Shown: positions 26,031 through 38,525 of the stretch, in pieces
Layout of the letters: every line of letters begins with the position of its first letter
Position numbering within the stretch: position 1 is the stretch's first letter
Assembly: GCF_001194135.2 (NCBI RefSeq)
Contig: NC_068983.1
Location: 136,593,012-136,656,477, forward strand
From: Octopus bimaculoides
Lineage: Eukaryota
Reading direction: 5' to 3'
DNA length: 63,466 nt
Translations under genes and position numbers: made by a program
The notes under the pieces: model-generated
What the model saw: the letters and a program-made list of their open reading frames with translations, nothing else
Database searches by the model: none
What the model was told of the DNA's origin: nothing

Positions 26031-27152
26031 AATGTTCCAAAGATGGAAAATGATCTTTAGCTTTTTTCTGGTGCATACAACACAGAAACTTGAAAATTGC
26101 TAGGATTTTTCACAGGCTCTACAGTTTTTCAAATAATTTCAAAATGTTATCCCTTAAACACCTTGACAAAGTAGTGTCTGCATGTCAAGTTTGGTTCTGA
26201 AGTTGTGTGTATGCAGTTTAAATGGGTTGACCAGTAAACTAATATAATGTTAGATTATTAGTGCATTTGTTAGTAATACATCAGTGCATCAAATGACTGA
26301 ACTTGTCAGAAGTCTACCTTAGGCATTCAAGACCAGTTTTATGTAGTTACATGGTAGGATGGCATGAGAAGTATTACAGGGTTTGAGCTTTTTTTGTTTG
26401 ATATTCAATACAAACTCAGTGAAGTTAGGAATAGTTGAATAGCTGACTTTATCTTTCACCATTCTGTTGAAAATTTTCTTAATAGTTCAGTCCTGTAAAT
26501 GGCTGAACAGAAAATACCTAAAAATGGGTTTGTTTTTCAAATGTTTGTAGTATGTTTACTTGTAGTTAGATTATTGTGCAAGTTAGCACAATAAAGTTGT
26601 AAAAACAATACTCAACAGGTTTCACACCAAGTTCTAAAGATATTTTTGGACCAGCAAAAGATTCAGGTTACTTGATGAGGAATCAGATGAACCAAAAATT
26701 GCAAAACTGAGCAGCATATGGATCAAGGTTAATAACGAATATTACAGAATGTAGATAAATGATAGAGGAAGTTTCTCACCCTTAAATTAGGGAGCTAATA
26801 ACTTCCTTTGATATAAATGTAGACAAAACAGGACTGAATAAGATATTCCATATGGATACCTCTTCCAATCCATCCAGCAAGGTAGTAACTAACACAGACC
26901 ATGATGACCCTCCAGTCCATACCAGGATGGAAAGCAGACATAAAAGGGTGATAGTGGCATCAATTATATATATATATATATAAAGCTTGTAGAATGTACA
27001 CTGAAATTTATCTAATGCACTCAATTTATATATTTGAAATTTTGTGTACACATACATGAACACATACATACACACTCTTTTCTCTCTCTCTCTCTCTCAC
27101 ACACACACATACACACACAGTGCTCTAATTATTTTGTTTTTTTCCTTTCCAG

Positions 27153-27340
27153 AACATTTAGCTTTAGAGAAACCTCATCCATGTGGAAAGGGATATTCAT
27201 GTCATGCTGATACAGAAGACTGTAGAACATATTGGATAGGTCCAAGTGATGGCATTACCAATTTTGACAACTTTGGCTTAGCCATGCTCACAGTATTCCA
27301 ATGTATAACAATGGAGGGGTGGACTGGAGTCCTCTATAAT
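27153..27340 (+). CDS. Cav1: Cav1 exon, domain I turret and pore loop (...[30 protein letters not shown])
   Basis: ttccag acceptor, gtaagt donor, 188 nt, phase 1 to 0, selectivity-filter glutamate in TMEGW. Confidence 0.96.
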
Positions 27341-27414
27341 GTAAGTATCATGTTTCTTGCATTCCACTCATATGGGTCTGGTAATGTCAAAACATGATGA
27401 TATTAATAATAATA

Positions 27415-27625
27415 GTTTCAAATTTTGGCACAAGGCCAGCAATTTCGAAGGAGGAGGTAAGTCAATTACATCGACCCCAGGTCTCACTAGGTACTTATTT
27501 TATCAACCATTGCCAGAAGGATGAAAGGCAAAGTCAACTTCAGTGAAATTTGTACTCAGAAGGTAAAGTCATACAAAATGCCACTAAGCGTTTTGCCTGA
27601 TGTGCTAATGATTTTGCCTGCTCAA
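27415..27625 (-). mobile_element. tRNA-derived SINE, Deu/Nin-domain-like, (ATT)n tail
   Basis: Reverse complement contains the gcctttcatcc..gataaaataagtacc core and a decayed B box; the domain assignment is from memory. Confidence 0.7.
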
Positions 27626-27669
27626 TAATATTGATAATAATAACAATGCAAAGGAAAATATGTACGGTC

Positions 27670-28480
27670 ATTTTGCAAGTGATATGAATGCCAAAACAGA
27701 TACAGAAAACCAGTGGTTATAGATGTGGATGAGTGTCTTGAAGATTGAAATGAAATCTTGGTACAAGAACAAGCATTGAAGACAAATTTTGTGAAGTGCA
27801 GAAATGATAAAACAAGTGAGAGGAACAGATGCAGGATGTGTGGTGAGAGGGGTGAAGCAGTGTGGCACATTGTAAGTGAATGCCCAAAATTGGCTCAACA
27901 TGAATACAAAAGGCGGCATGACAATCTGGCAAGAATGATCCATTGGGGGTTCTATGGAAATTATGGCCTAGAAAGATCAAAGACATGGTATAACTAAATC
28001 TGAAAAGCAGTTAATGAGAATGAGGATTGCAAAACTCTATGGGATGCAATGATTCAGTTTGGCCATCAGATTAGACATCAAAAACCTGATATTGTTGTGG
28101 TGAACTGAAAAGAAATAAACATGCTTGATAGTTGACATATCATGTCCTGGTGGGAAAAGGATCGAAGAAAAAGTAAACAACTATAATGAAGTGGAAAATA
28201 TACAGGTTGTGGATAATAAAGAGAGTAGAGTTGATACCAACAGTGATTGGCACAATTGGAAGTCTCAATACCCAACTACCAACACAGCTCAAAAAGATTG
28301 GAACTAATGTAAAGATAGAACACCTACAAAAATCATCATTGTTTCAAACTGCAAAGTCCTCCACAGGGTTTTTGATCAGTAAACAAGTGCCACCTTAGTT
28401 TGCTGGCTGAGGACAGCTGACATTTTCAATCATTCTCAACAAAATAAGCTGAGAGTTTTCATGAGATAATAATAATAATA
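27670..28480 (+). mobile_element. R4/Dong-like LINE 3' part: CCHC zinc knuckle and restriction-like endonuclease
   Basis: QEQAL.TN..CRMCGERGEAVWHIVSECPKLAQHEYKRRHD; KPDIV..DISCP; IPTVIGTIG; ends in (AAT)n. Confidence 0.85.
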
Positions 28481-28483
28481 ATG

Positions 28484-29345
28484 GTTTCAAATGCTGGCAC
28501 AAGGCCAGAATTTAAGAGAAGGGAGTAAGTCAATTACATCAGCCCCATTACTCAACTGGTACTTATTTTATTGACCTTGAGAGGATAAAAGGCAAAGTCA
28601 GCCTCAACGGAATTTGAAATAATAATAATAATCATTTCTACTATAGACACAAAGCCTTAAATTTGGGGAGGGGGCAGTCAATTAGATCAACCCCAGTACG
28701 CAACTGGTACTTAATTTATCGACTCTGAAAGGATGTAAGGCAAAGTCAACCCCAGCGGAATTTGAACTCAGAATGTCAAGACAAAAGAAATTCCGCTAAA
28801 CATTTTTCCTGGTGTGCTAACAACTCTTCAAGCTGACCGTAATAATAATTATAATTGTTTATAAGCTAGGCACAAGGCCTAATATTTGGGCTGGGGTGAA
28901 AATTGGTTAAATCACTCCTGAAAGAATGAAATGCAAAGTTAAACTTGGCAAGATTTGAATGCAGAACATAAAATGCCAGAAATACCACAAGACACTTTAT
29001 CTGATGCTTTAATCATTCTCTTAATGTACACCCTTTTTAATTTCTAATTTAGGGTCAGAAGAGTTAGTTGATACCATCAACTCCAGTACTTGATTGCTAC
29101 TTTATTTTATCAACCCTGAAATGATGAAAGACAAAGTTAATTTCAGTGAAATTTAAACTCAAAACAAAGAACTGTAAATAACTTTTTACAAGGCCAGAAA
29201 TTTGTTCTCAGTACTTAACTAGCACTTCATTTTATTGATCTTTAATAATAAAACTGAACACAGCAGGATTTTGAAGATTTTGAACTCATTGTTAAAAGCT
29301 GAAACAAATACAAGGCATTTCATCTGATGCTTTAATGATTCTGCT
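28484..29345 (-). mobile_element. Cluster of 4-5 same-orientation Deu/Nin-like SINE copies separated by (AAT)n
   Basis: Repeated ggcacaaggcc..actggtacttatttta..gatgaaaggcaaagtcaac blocks near 28495, 28645, 28870, 29060 and 29190. Confidence 0.7.
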
Positions 29346-30723
29346 AATACTAATAGCTGTTGTTATGATAGAAGCATTATAATGGCATAATTTGTAAAGC
29401 CACATATAACATGTTTTCACATAGATTATTGCATTATGCAATACACCAAATTAAATCCACTGTAGTGATACAATGTGAGTGCAATAGAAAGTTGGTAAAC
29501 TCCTGATGAATCATGTCTGCAACAAAGGTCAATTTTCTGTTGAATCAATTCATTTGTGCCTTGTACCTGCAATCCTGATCATAGTTAATTGTCTGCAGAC
29601 TTGTTATTCTCAACCTGTTTCCTATCTCACTTTACCCTTGGATCTACAAATTATATTTAATATCGTCTACCATACAACGTTATCCAGAAGATAATATCTC
29701 ATTAAATTTTTAAAAGGGAACAATAGATCTAACAATCTCTTTGGAATTATTTCCCTATGATACACCATTAAGTAGATCCACTTTAGAGACCACTGCTTTA
29801 GATGGATGAGCTCTGCTTGGCTAACTTCCCCTTGACACACTGTATGCTGATAAATCTTCTGAAAGTGATCTTTTAATAATGCACATTAAGCTGTTAAATG
29901 ACATATAACAATGTATTTTGCAGTGAAATATATAATGACAGTTGGTATATCAAAGAGAAACTAAATACAATGTTGTATATTTGCCCTTTTAAAAGTTATT
30001 ATTCATGGAGATTGACCTGAAGTTAAAACTCAGCTTTAAATTTCAGTTGTTGATTATTCAGTTCTGTAGTGTATGTCATCATCACACTAACAATAGTAAT
30101 ATTGATCTTTCTCATTGACACAATACCCGGTACTTATTTTGTTGACCTCAGTGGCAAAGTAGACACGGTTTGAGCTCTGAAAGCATGAAGATAAAACACT
30201 AAGAACTGTTAAATACTTAGCCTGATAATGCAGGTGGCTAAGTCATTTACTTTTATACTAAATGTTTTACCAAATCCAAACTTCAATAGTATGAGATCCA
30301 TAGTCAAACTTTTGGTAGAGTCAACTTAATTTTTTGTCCCTACATTATCAATAAAATAAGCAACAGTAATAAAGTGGAATTGATTCAGTAGACTATACAT
30401 TACTCAGAGAATCTCTTCTTTATATTTAGAAACAATTTTTTTTAAACAACTTAGAGTGGAATTCTAAATTGGTATAGAAGGTAGTGAACCCTGTCTTTGA
30501 TTTAGTTTCATTTTCTGATTGTATCTTTTAACAGTTTGCTTACATTTCTAATACTTTATGCATTATCATTCCCAGAATGATAACATAATATCTCAGTAAT
30601 CTATACCTCACATATCTGAAAACTTGTTTCCACATAAGAAATATCATTATTACATGAATCTTTATTAAAGAAAAAACAGGTTTTGTTTGGCTATCACTCA
30701 GTTATCAGTATATATATATGTAT

Positions 30724-30774
<51 letters not shown>

Positions 30775-30862
30775 TAGATATAGATTCAGATGAATATGGT
30801 ACTTAAGTTGAGGCACCAGAATTTAATATGGTATTATCCATACAATTTCAAAGTAAGTTGAT

Positions 30863-31265
30863 TAAATTCAAAATAAGCAACAAGGATATTCAGAGGTAAT
30901 GCAGTACGATCGTTTATGCAACTCCATTTAATTAAACAATGCAATCATTACATCAGTTTAAAATGCAGAGCAATCCTCAGCTGCACAAAGACAGAATTTA
31001 ATTAAATTAGAACAGATGGACACATTAGCATGATAGTGAAGACAGCATGTTCTTTGTCTATTTCCTTAACTTCTTGGAGATTTTAGATATAATTATACTA
31101 ATGTGTCTATCTGTTCTAATTTAATTAAACTCTATGTCTTTGTGCAGCTGAGGATTGCTCTGCATTTTAAATTGATGTAATGATTGCATTGTTCAATTAA
31201 ATGGAGTTGCATGAAACGATCCTACTGCATTACCTCTGGATACCCTTGTTGCTTATTTTGATTTA
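30863..31265. mobile_element. Foldback/MITE-like element with about 165-nt terminal inverted repeats and about 63-nt spacer
   Basis: 30863-31031 is the reverse complement of 31095-31265 with scattered mismatches; (TA)n lies nearby on both sides. Confidence 0.8.
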
Positions 31266-31273
31266 TATATATA

Positions 31274-31391
31274 NNNNNNNNNNNNNNNNNNNNNNNNNNN
31301 NNNNNNNNNNNNNNNNNNNNNNNNNNNNNNNNNNNNNNNNNNNNNNNNNNNNNNNNNNNNNNNNNNNNNNNNNNNNNNNNNNNNNNNNNNN
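31274..31391. other. Assembly gap within (TA)n
   Basis: Run of N. Confidence 0.99.
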
Positions 31392-31423
<32 letters not shown>

Positions 31424-32287
31424 TTTAAAAGAGTTTCAACTCTGTCTGTTTTTTATGTCTTATTTATATTCTTATAAAATTAATGTGGGATATAGAATAT
31501 GGAATATATAATATAAATAGTAAAATGAAATGAAGTATTGAATATCTTATTGAATAGGGGCTAGTATACTTTCCTGCTTCATAGCAGTCATTAAGGTCCC
31601 ATCTGATAGATGTACTGACAGACAGTAGATATAGATATATACAAGATTCAGTTTCAAGCAAATACCACAAATTTTGTTAAAACTTTTGTGAAACGTCTCA
31701 TCAGCTTAGTTTCCTACACACACAAACTCTCTCTTTCTCTCTCTCTCTCTCTCATAACTGTTGAATTCAATTTTTATCTGCAGCATTAACAAAAATTAAT
31801 TGGGCTTAGGTATATAACTCAAACAAACCACTGGCATAAATTTAGGAAATTAAGTTTAAGAGTTGTGCTGAATGCTTTATACATTCAGTACATAACCGCT
31901 AAACGTCATAATTCAGATTCATGCCATCAGTCCATTCAAGTTATTTTCTTTTAGCTTATTATATTTTTAAATATAATAATCTGTAAAAAAAAATCTATAT
32001 CATTTGATTGGCAGGTTTGATCATATACTATGCTTTGTTGTTGAGGTGTAATAGACTGAAGCATGTCCATAGCAAATCAAAATCATACTTTTCTTCCTCT
32101 AAGCATGTGAATTCACTTAAATTGTTTTTGTTTGTTTGTTTAAACTACTGCTCCCTGCCCCATTCTGTCTCTCTCACCTTATAGAATCTCTAATGAGACT
32201 CTAATGACTGTTAAGTTTTTGTTTTCTTTCTTTAACTTAAAGGTAAATTTCTATTGCAACACTTCATTAGATTTTCTGTCTTTCCAG

Positions 32288-32391
32288 ATCAATGATGCTA
32301 TGGGCAATAGCTGGCCTTGGATCTATTTTATCAGCTTGATCATTATTGGATCATTTTTTGTTCTAAATCTTGTACTTGGTGTCTTGAGTGG
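32288..32391 (+). CDS. Cav1: Cav1 exon, IS6 ([35 protein letters not shown])
   Basis: ttccag acceptor, gtaagt donor, 104 nt, phase 0 to 2; equivalent of vertebrate exon 8/8a. Confidence 0.96.
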
Positions 32392-32689
32392 GTAAGTGTT
32401 ACTATAATTCAACTGTTAAACATCCTTTTTCAGTTCTTTAGCAGTCATAGTAAAAATTGGATCTATAACTATTGTCTATAATTTCAGATATTTTTGTTTG
32501 TCCATAAAAAGTACAGTATGAAAATTGGTAGGAACTATTGAGATGAGCCTTTTCATTTCAGATATTTTCACTTGTCCCTAAAATGTAGTGTGTGTGTGTA
32601 TGTTGAAAATTCATACATTTACACAATTCCAAATTTCTTGAATGAAAGAATCGGAATTAATATTCTAAATACCATAACTTAGGTCACAG

Positions 32690-33180
32690 CGTCATTTTTT
32701 CCGTCAAAATAACACACAAAAACGAATAAAATCCATTAAACTACACAAAATAACATTTTCCCCCCTAATACAATCTAATTTCCTCTTTCTACTACCGTTA
32801 CAAATCCTTTCAACTCCTACTTTCTCTTATGAACCTTTACGAACGATCCAACAACAAATACAAAAAGAAAGGAAGGAAAAACACTGACAGTAAAAGAAAA
32901 CTCTTTCAGTATCAAAACTGAAACAATCACATTTCCATACTGTAATGACAGATACTTTCACTTTAATGGTTTCATTTTCATATTTCAAACTCCGCCCTTC
33001 ACCATAACAACAAAAACAAAATAGCCACACATCTTTCTCAAATACAATCGACAAACATTTATTCCCTACAAACTGTGAGTTTTTTGGAAAATCTTTTCGT
33101 AAATCTTGAGATTAACACCCGCACGATTACCTACCTAACCCTAACACTGTAGTGAAAATCGTGCAGGTGTTAATCTGAAA
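32690..33180. mobile_element. Candidate non-autonomous Helentron/HINE-like or MITE-like element
   Basis: 20-bp inverted repeat (19 of 20 match) at 33109-33128 and 33157-33176 enclosing cctaaccctaac; the other boundary is uncertain. Confidence 0.35.
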
Positions 33181-33228
33181 ATTTAACAAACTTTTTTAAA
33201 ATACATTTACTTACTAACATTTTTTTTA

Positions 33229-33260
<32 letters not shown>

Positions 33261-34282
33261 TGCCCATATATATATACACTTAAGACTTAGTTGTGGGTTG
33301 GGAGTTTTTGTGGTTAATAAAGGATTATTAGTGTTGCTGCTATTAGCATCAATAATAATAGTGATGGACTGGATTATTTAAGAATAAATAAAATGTCTAA
33401 ATCTATGAACACGTCACAATATCAGTGATAACATCTAGACCCCTTTATTCATTTAAGTAACTCGGCCAGCTGCAGCTACTGCTAATCTTTTGAATAAAAG
33501 TGATAATAAACATAATCATCATCATATTTTTGTTAACTACATGAGAATTAATGAATCTGCTTTTTCTTGAAGTTTAAATGTCTGATGTTTATAATTAATC
33601 AATGATATCAATGGAAAAATTTATGTACTGTCCTGTTTAATTACATATTGAACATTGCTTTTGATTTTACATGTCAAAATATGTATTTATTAATAACAAT
33701 CTAAATGATTATTTAATGTCTATTACAATCAATTCTTAACTGACACCAAAAAAACAAAAAATGTTTTAAAAGTTTTTGATGCTTACCATTTTTATTGAAT
33801 CTTTACTGCTATTAATGTTGTTGGCAGTGTTGTTAATTAACCCTGGTTTGTCCTAATCAAGCAGATCAATGATAAAAAGTGGGACTGTCATTGATGACTT
33901 GTAGTCATAAATCTGCTATGACTATTCCATCTTTTCTTCATAAATAATGTACGCAGCCAATTATTGTCATTAGCTCATTGTTGTTAAAGTCAGTAGATTG
34001 CAGAATTGTAAAGTCCTTCTTTGAAGTATTTAGTTACCACCTTTTACATTCTTTGATCAAGTCTTATGTAAAACAACTTAGTATTTCTTTCCTGTGTGAT
34101 TCATAAAAGTAGTTAACAGGGCAGGTGTTGATTAAAATGACTATATACTTACCCCTAAACTTGTGACACCTTGAATCAATATTATAGTTACTTATGATTT
34201 TAGAGAAACACCATCAGTTTATTATCCTCAAGAATTCATGGGGTTCACACAGAACAGCAAGAATCCAAGCAATAATCATTTT

Positions 34283-35440
34283 CATCATCATCGTTTAACA
34301 TCCGCTGTCCATGGGTTGGACAATTTGACTGAGGACTGGCAAACCAGATGGCTGCACCAGGCTCCAGTCTGATCTGGCAGAGTTTCTACAGCTGGATGCC
34401 CTTCCTAACGCCAATCACTCCAAAAGTGTAGTGGATGCTTTTACGTGCCACCAGCACGAAGGCCAGTCTGGCGATACTGGCAACAGCCACGCTCAAATGG
34501 TGTTTTTTACGTGCCACCTGCACAGGAGTCAATCCAGCGGCACTGGCAACGACCTCACTCAAATGTTTTGTTCACGTGCCACCGGCACAAGTACCAGTGT
34601 GGCGACACTGGTAACAATCATGTTCAAATGTTTTTTATGTGCCACCGGCATGGAAGCCAATCAGCTGCTCTGGCATTGATCCCGCTCAGATGGAGCTGTT
34701 AGCTGAGATGATGATAGCTAACCTATGATGAAGCACTAGTCTAATCTTAAGTACTCTGTCACATACTCTGACTACTTTGATTACCTTATCAACCCAATTC
34801 TCTGCTAGAAGTATTCCCATGCCCCCGACCCCGTTAGTGTTCCCTGCCCAGAAAATCTTGTAGCTGTGTTCTTTGCCTGTGAGGAACCTCGGAGAACCTC
34901 CTCTCCATCTTACTTCTTGGATGCAGCACAAATCTACGCGTCTCTGTTCAAGCATCTCAACAATCTCACCAGACCTACCTTTCAGTGTGCCGACGTTGAG
35001 AGTGCCAATTCTGATGGTGTGGGAGGTGTGGGCCTGTGTGACCCTGGGATTGGGGAAAGCAGTGTCATGTACCTGAAAAGAAACCTTGCATTTGGCAGAA
35101 TTCATAAACAAAACAATACCTACAACCTGCATGCACTACACAATCTTTATGCACTACCCAAGGTAGAGGAGGGGATGGTATAAAGCCTCTAGGAGTGTTC
35201 ACGGGAGGCAACCAAGGATGACAAAGGATAAGAACTTCTGGTGGAGGGGGTGGGAGGGCGAGTGTACCACCAGCCATGAGAACTTCATCGTAATTCTGTC
35301 AGCAGAGAGATTGGAAGACGATTAGGAGAAAGTGGAATATTGAACTGGTTTATATAGAGAGTTAGGGTCCCGTAGGAATCGAAGATAGAGAGGGGGAGAG
35401 AGAGAGTGAGGCAGAAAGAGAGAGAGGGCCAGGCAACTAG
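34283..35440 (-). mobile_element. Internally deleted RTE: 5' region and endonuclease N-terminus fused directly to the 3' UTR
   Basis: IGTLNVGTLKGRSGEIVEMLEQRRVDLCCIQEVRWRG..GVGGMGILL..AIIISA, then a jump near 34695 into the minisatellite and tail. Confidence 0.85.
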
Positions 35441-35687
35441 TACATCATGCGAGAATAATTCTTTGGGGGTTTTTTTTAGAACAAATTGAAGACAGCAGTG
35501 CTTAATCGTGAGTTTTAAATGCTTAAATCAGTAACATAGTTGAAAGAGACAGCAAATGCTTAAATCGTAATTTTAAAGGAAGGAGCGATAAACTTGAATA
35601 AAGTAAAGAAAATAAATAAGCATGAATTTAAGACAAAATTATTATATTTATGGTTATTATATTTGTGTATACAAATACACTCAAATG

Positions 35688-35721
<34 letters not shown>

Positions 35722-36282
35722 ATATATATATTTTATGGTATTGCTTTGAAACACTGGAAATTTTTTGCTCTCGTAGCTAATTTTTAAAAAATTTCATTTA
35801 TTACCATTAGTTTTTGTCCATTTTTGATGCTTGTGAAATGAAAACCACTCTTTCTGTTAAGTCTGAGCACTTCAGACAAGCAGGTACTTTTAGAATATTA
35901 GAAGTGATTTGTGTGTGTGTGTGTGTTTGGTGTTTGTTTCAATTTGAAGTTGTTTCAGATAGAATGAAAGCTTTGGGGGGAATTTGGACTCATGTGTCAA
36001 CTATTAATGTTATCATACCTGCCCTGTTTCTCCACTTTCTTGAGAGTTCTCAAATTCATATTGTATTCTCCAGATATAGTAACATTGATTATAAACTATT
36101 CATTTATTCCATTATCAACAATCATAATATCAGGTCTTCTGTGTTCAGTGACCTAGTTTGCTTGGTATGATTTTTTTTACATTGTTATCTTCTATGTTGT
36201 TGTTGTTGCCACTGTTGTAGTTAATTTAACCATTGTTGTAGATTCCTCTAGTAATTTGAAAATTCCCTGTTTTGCTTCACAG

Positions 36283-36398
36283 AGAGTTTTCCAAAGAAAG
36301 AGAGAAGGCCAAAGCCAGAGGTGATTTTCAGAAACTTCGCGAAAAGCAGCAGATTGAGGAAGACCTTAGAGGTTATTTAGACTGGATCACACAAGCTG
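36283..36398 (+). CDS. Cav1: Cav1 exon, I-II linker with AID ([38 protein letters not shown])
   Basis: tcacag acceptor, gtaaga donor, 116 nt, phase 2 to 1, beta-subunit-binding QQxExxLxGYxxWI motif; absent from the ORF track. Confidence 0.96.
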
Positions 36399-37339
36399 GT
36401 AAGAGAGTTTTACTGATGATTTAAACATTTTAAATCCATTTATACATTGGGATTATCATGGTGGTTTCATCTATAAGGTTCAGTAAGTGAAGCTGTTTAA
36501 ATGGAAATATTAACAGAAATTATGATAATAAACTCTCAATTTCTCATGAAGATTTAAAGGCATTAAGAAAAGAGAAGATAGTATCCTAATGAGTGATTGA
36601 AAAGAGTTATAATCATACAAATTTCTCTGATTTTGGCATGAAAACTTAGAGCCATAAAAGAAAGCAGGAGGTTTACAAAATTGGGACTATTTTGCCTTTC
36701 CAAAAGTTATTAGTTTAATAAGTTAGGACGGGGTGTCTGTCGCTTTCAAACCTTGCATCTAGCTCCACAGTGTGTAGTGACAGTTGTGGTGGTTTATATT
36801 GTAATAACAGTATTTTTTCCACAAAACTTACACTATTTGTAGGTTAAATTTCATATCAACTGTTATCATAAATGTAATTGTCCTAAAATAATTGTCCATT
36901 TTCTAAAAAGTTATTTGAAGATCTTATATCAACTATATAGTTTGTGAAAGTGGTTCCAGTTTTGATCATCTGTGAGAAAAAATGTTTCCTAACTAATGAT
37001 GAAAGAAATTACTTGAGCTTAGTATATAGTTACTGGTAACTATTTTGTTAGGAACTCAGACTACCTACCAAAGATTCAGTAGTTTGTAATCCCACCACTG
37101 TTATCATCTTGTGATAAGACAAATACATTTAATTTGTAATGAGTCACTTCAAGGTAGCTATAGATGGGTAATAAAGAGGCACAGCTCAATGAAGTACATA
37201 GTATACTGTAAAGGCATTATATAATTGATAAGCATTTCTTTATATTAACAGTATATTTCTATAAAGGAAAAGAATTGTAAAAGATTGGCATTCTCTTCTC
37301 CTACTGCATTATATAATCTGCCTTTCACTGCATCACACA

Positions 37340-37730
37340 ATCTGTTTGACATGTTCTGTGAATACAGAGGACATGCAAAGGCTTGAAAGAAATGAAACGA
37401 GCATGCTCCACTGGATGTGCAATGTCAGTGTGTGCATACAAAATGTAAATTTTTAAAGAGAAAAATTGGATATAAGAGGTTATATGTCGTATGCAAGAGA
37501 AAAGACTATATTAGTATGGTCTAGTGATGTGGATGGTTAAGGACACCTGCATCAAAAAGTGCTGATCTCTCATTGTGAAGGTAACCTGTGGAAGAGGTAG
37601 ATCCAAAAAGGCATGGGATGAAATAGTGAGAAATGATTTCAGTTGTTGAGCCTCACAGAGGAGATGACTAGGGACCATGGCATCTCACAATTTGCTGTGC
37701 TTGAGATGACACATCAAGCTAAGTGTCCCC
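37340..37730 (+). mobile_element. RTE ORF C-terminal remnant followed by a C/T-rich tract
   Basis: MQRLERNETSMLHWMCNVSV..GRGRSKKAWDEIV. Confidence 0.75.
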
Positions 37731-38122
37731 TCCCAAGACTCCTCAATAACTTTTCTTGCTAACACCCACTTCTCATCACCCATGATCACTACCCATTGCA
37801 GGTCAGTCCACTCTCCCTCATGTGCCTACCTGCAAGTTCTCCACGCCCTCATATATCTATCATAGCCACCCTCCACCAGCCACTCCAACTTATCTCATCA
37901 TCACTTGCTGCAGTCACCTTTTCCCTATCCCCCCCTCCACACACATCTAATTTCTCTCATCATCATTTGTTACAGTCACTTATTCCAACCTCTAAAATCT
38001 CCCCACACCACCCTATCCCCTCAGTACATTTTACATTCCCCCCACAGTACCTCATGAAACATCCCTCTATCCCCTCAGCATCACATTGCCTCTACTACCT
38101 TGTGTGTATGTTCTGATGTATT

Positions 38123-38169
<47 letters not shown>

Positions 38170-38329
38170 CTTTCAATCCTCTTCTTTCTTTTCCGACTGG
38201 GGTAGCCAAGTATCTCTATTGTAAGATGTCTATCTCTATCCTTCTATTATACTTTAACCTCTCAACTAGCACAAAGTCACCTCCCTCAGTACAACTCCTT
38301 TTTCCATGTGAGATGTCTTTATTTCACAA

Positions 38330-38525
38330 GTCACTTTGCAACCCCACTGGTGCTGGTGTCACATAAAAAGTGTCCAGTGAAGTGGCTGGTGTTAAGAAAG
38401 GCAACCAGCCATAGAAACCATGCCAAAGCAGACAATGGCACCTGTTGCAGCTCTCTGGTTTGCCAGCTTCTGTCAAACCATTCAACCCATGCCAGTATGG
38501 AAGATGGACATTAATGACGATGTGC
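38330..38525 (+). mobile_element. Degenerate RTE tail copy
   Basis: ggcaaccagccatagaaacc..caacccatgccagtatggaagatggacattaatgacgatg. Confidence 0.65.

Noticed and set aside
29765-29800. Single hAT-like TIR (cactttagagaccactg)
   Set aside because: No partner TIR or target duplication was found.
33134-33145. Interstitial telomeric repeat (CCCTAA)
   Set aside because: There are fewer than two full units, and they sit inside a hairpin loop of a probable mobile element.
34866-35183. Plus-strand ORFs here and at 52621-52992, and minus-strand ORFs at 43605-43968 and 56016-56300
   Set aside because: These are antisense shadows of RTE or mariner coding sequence.
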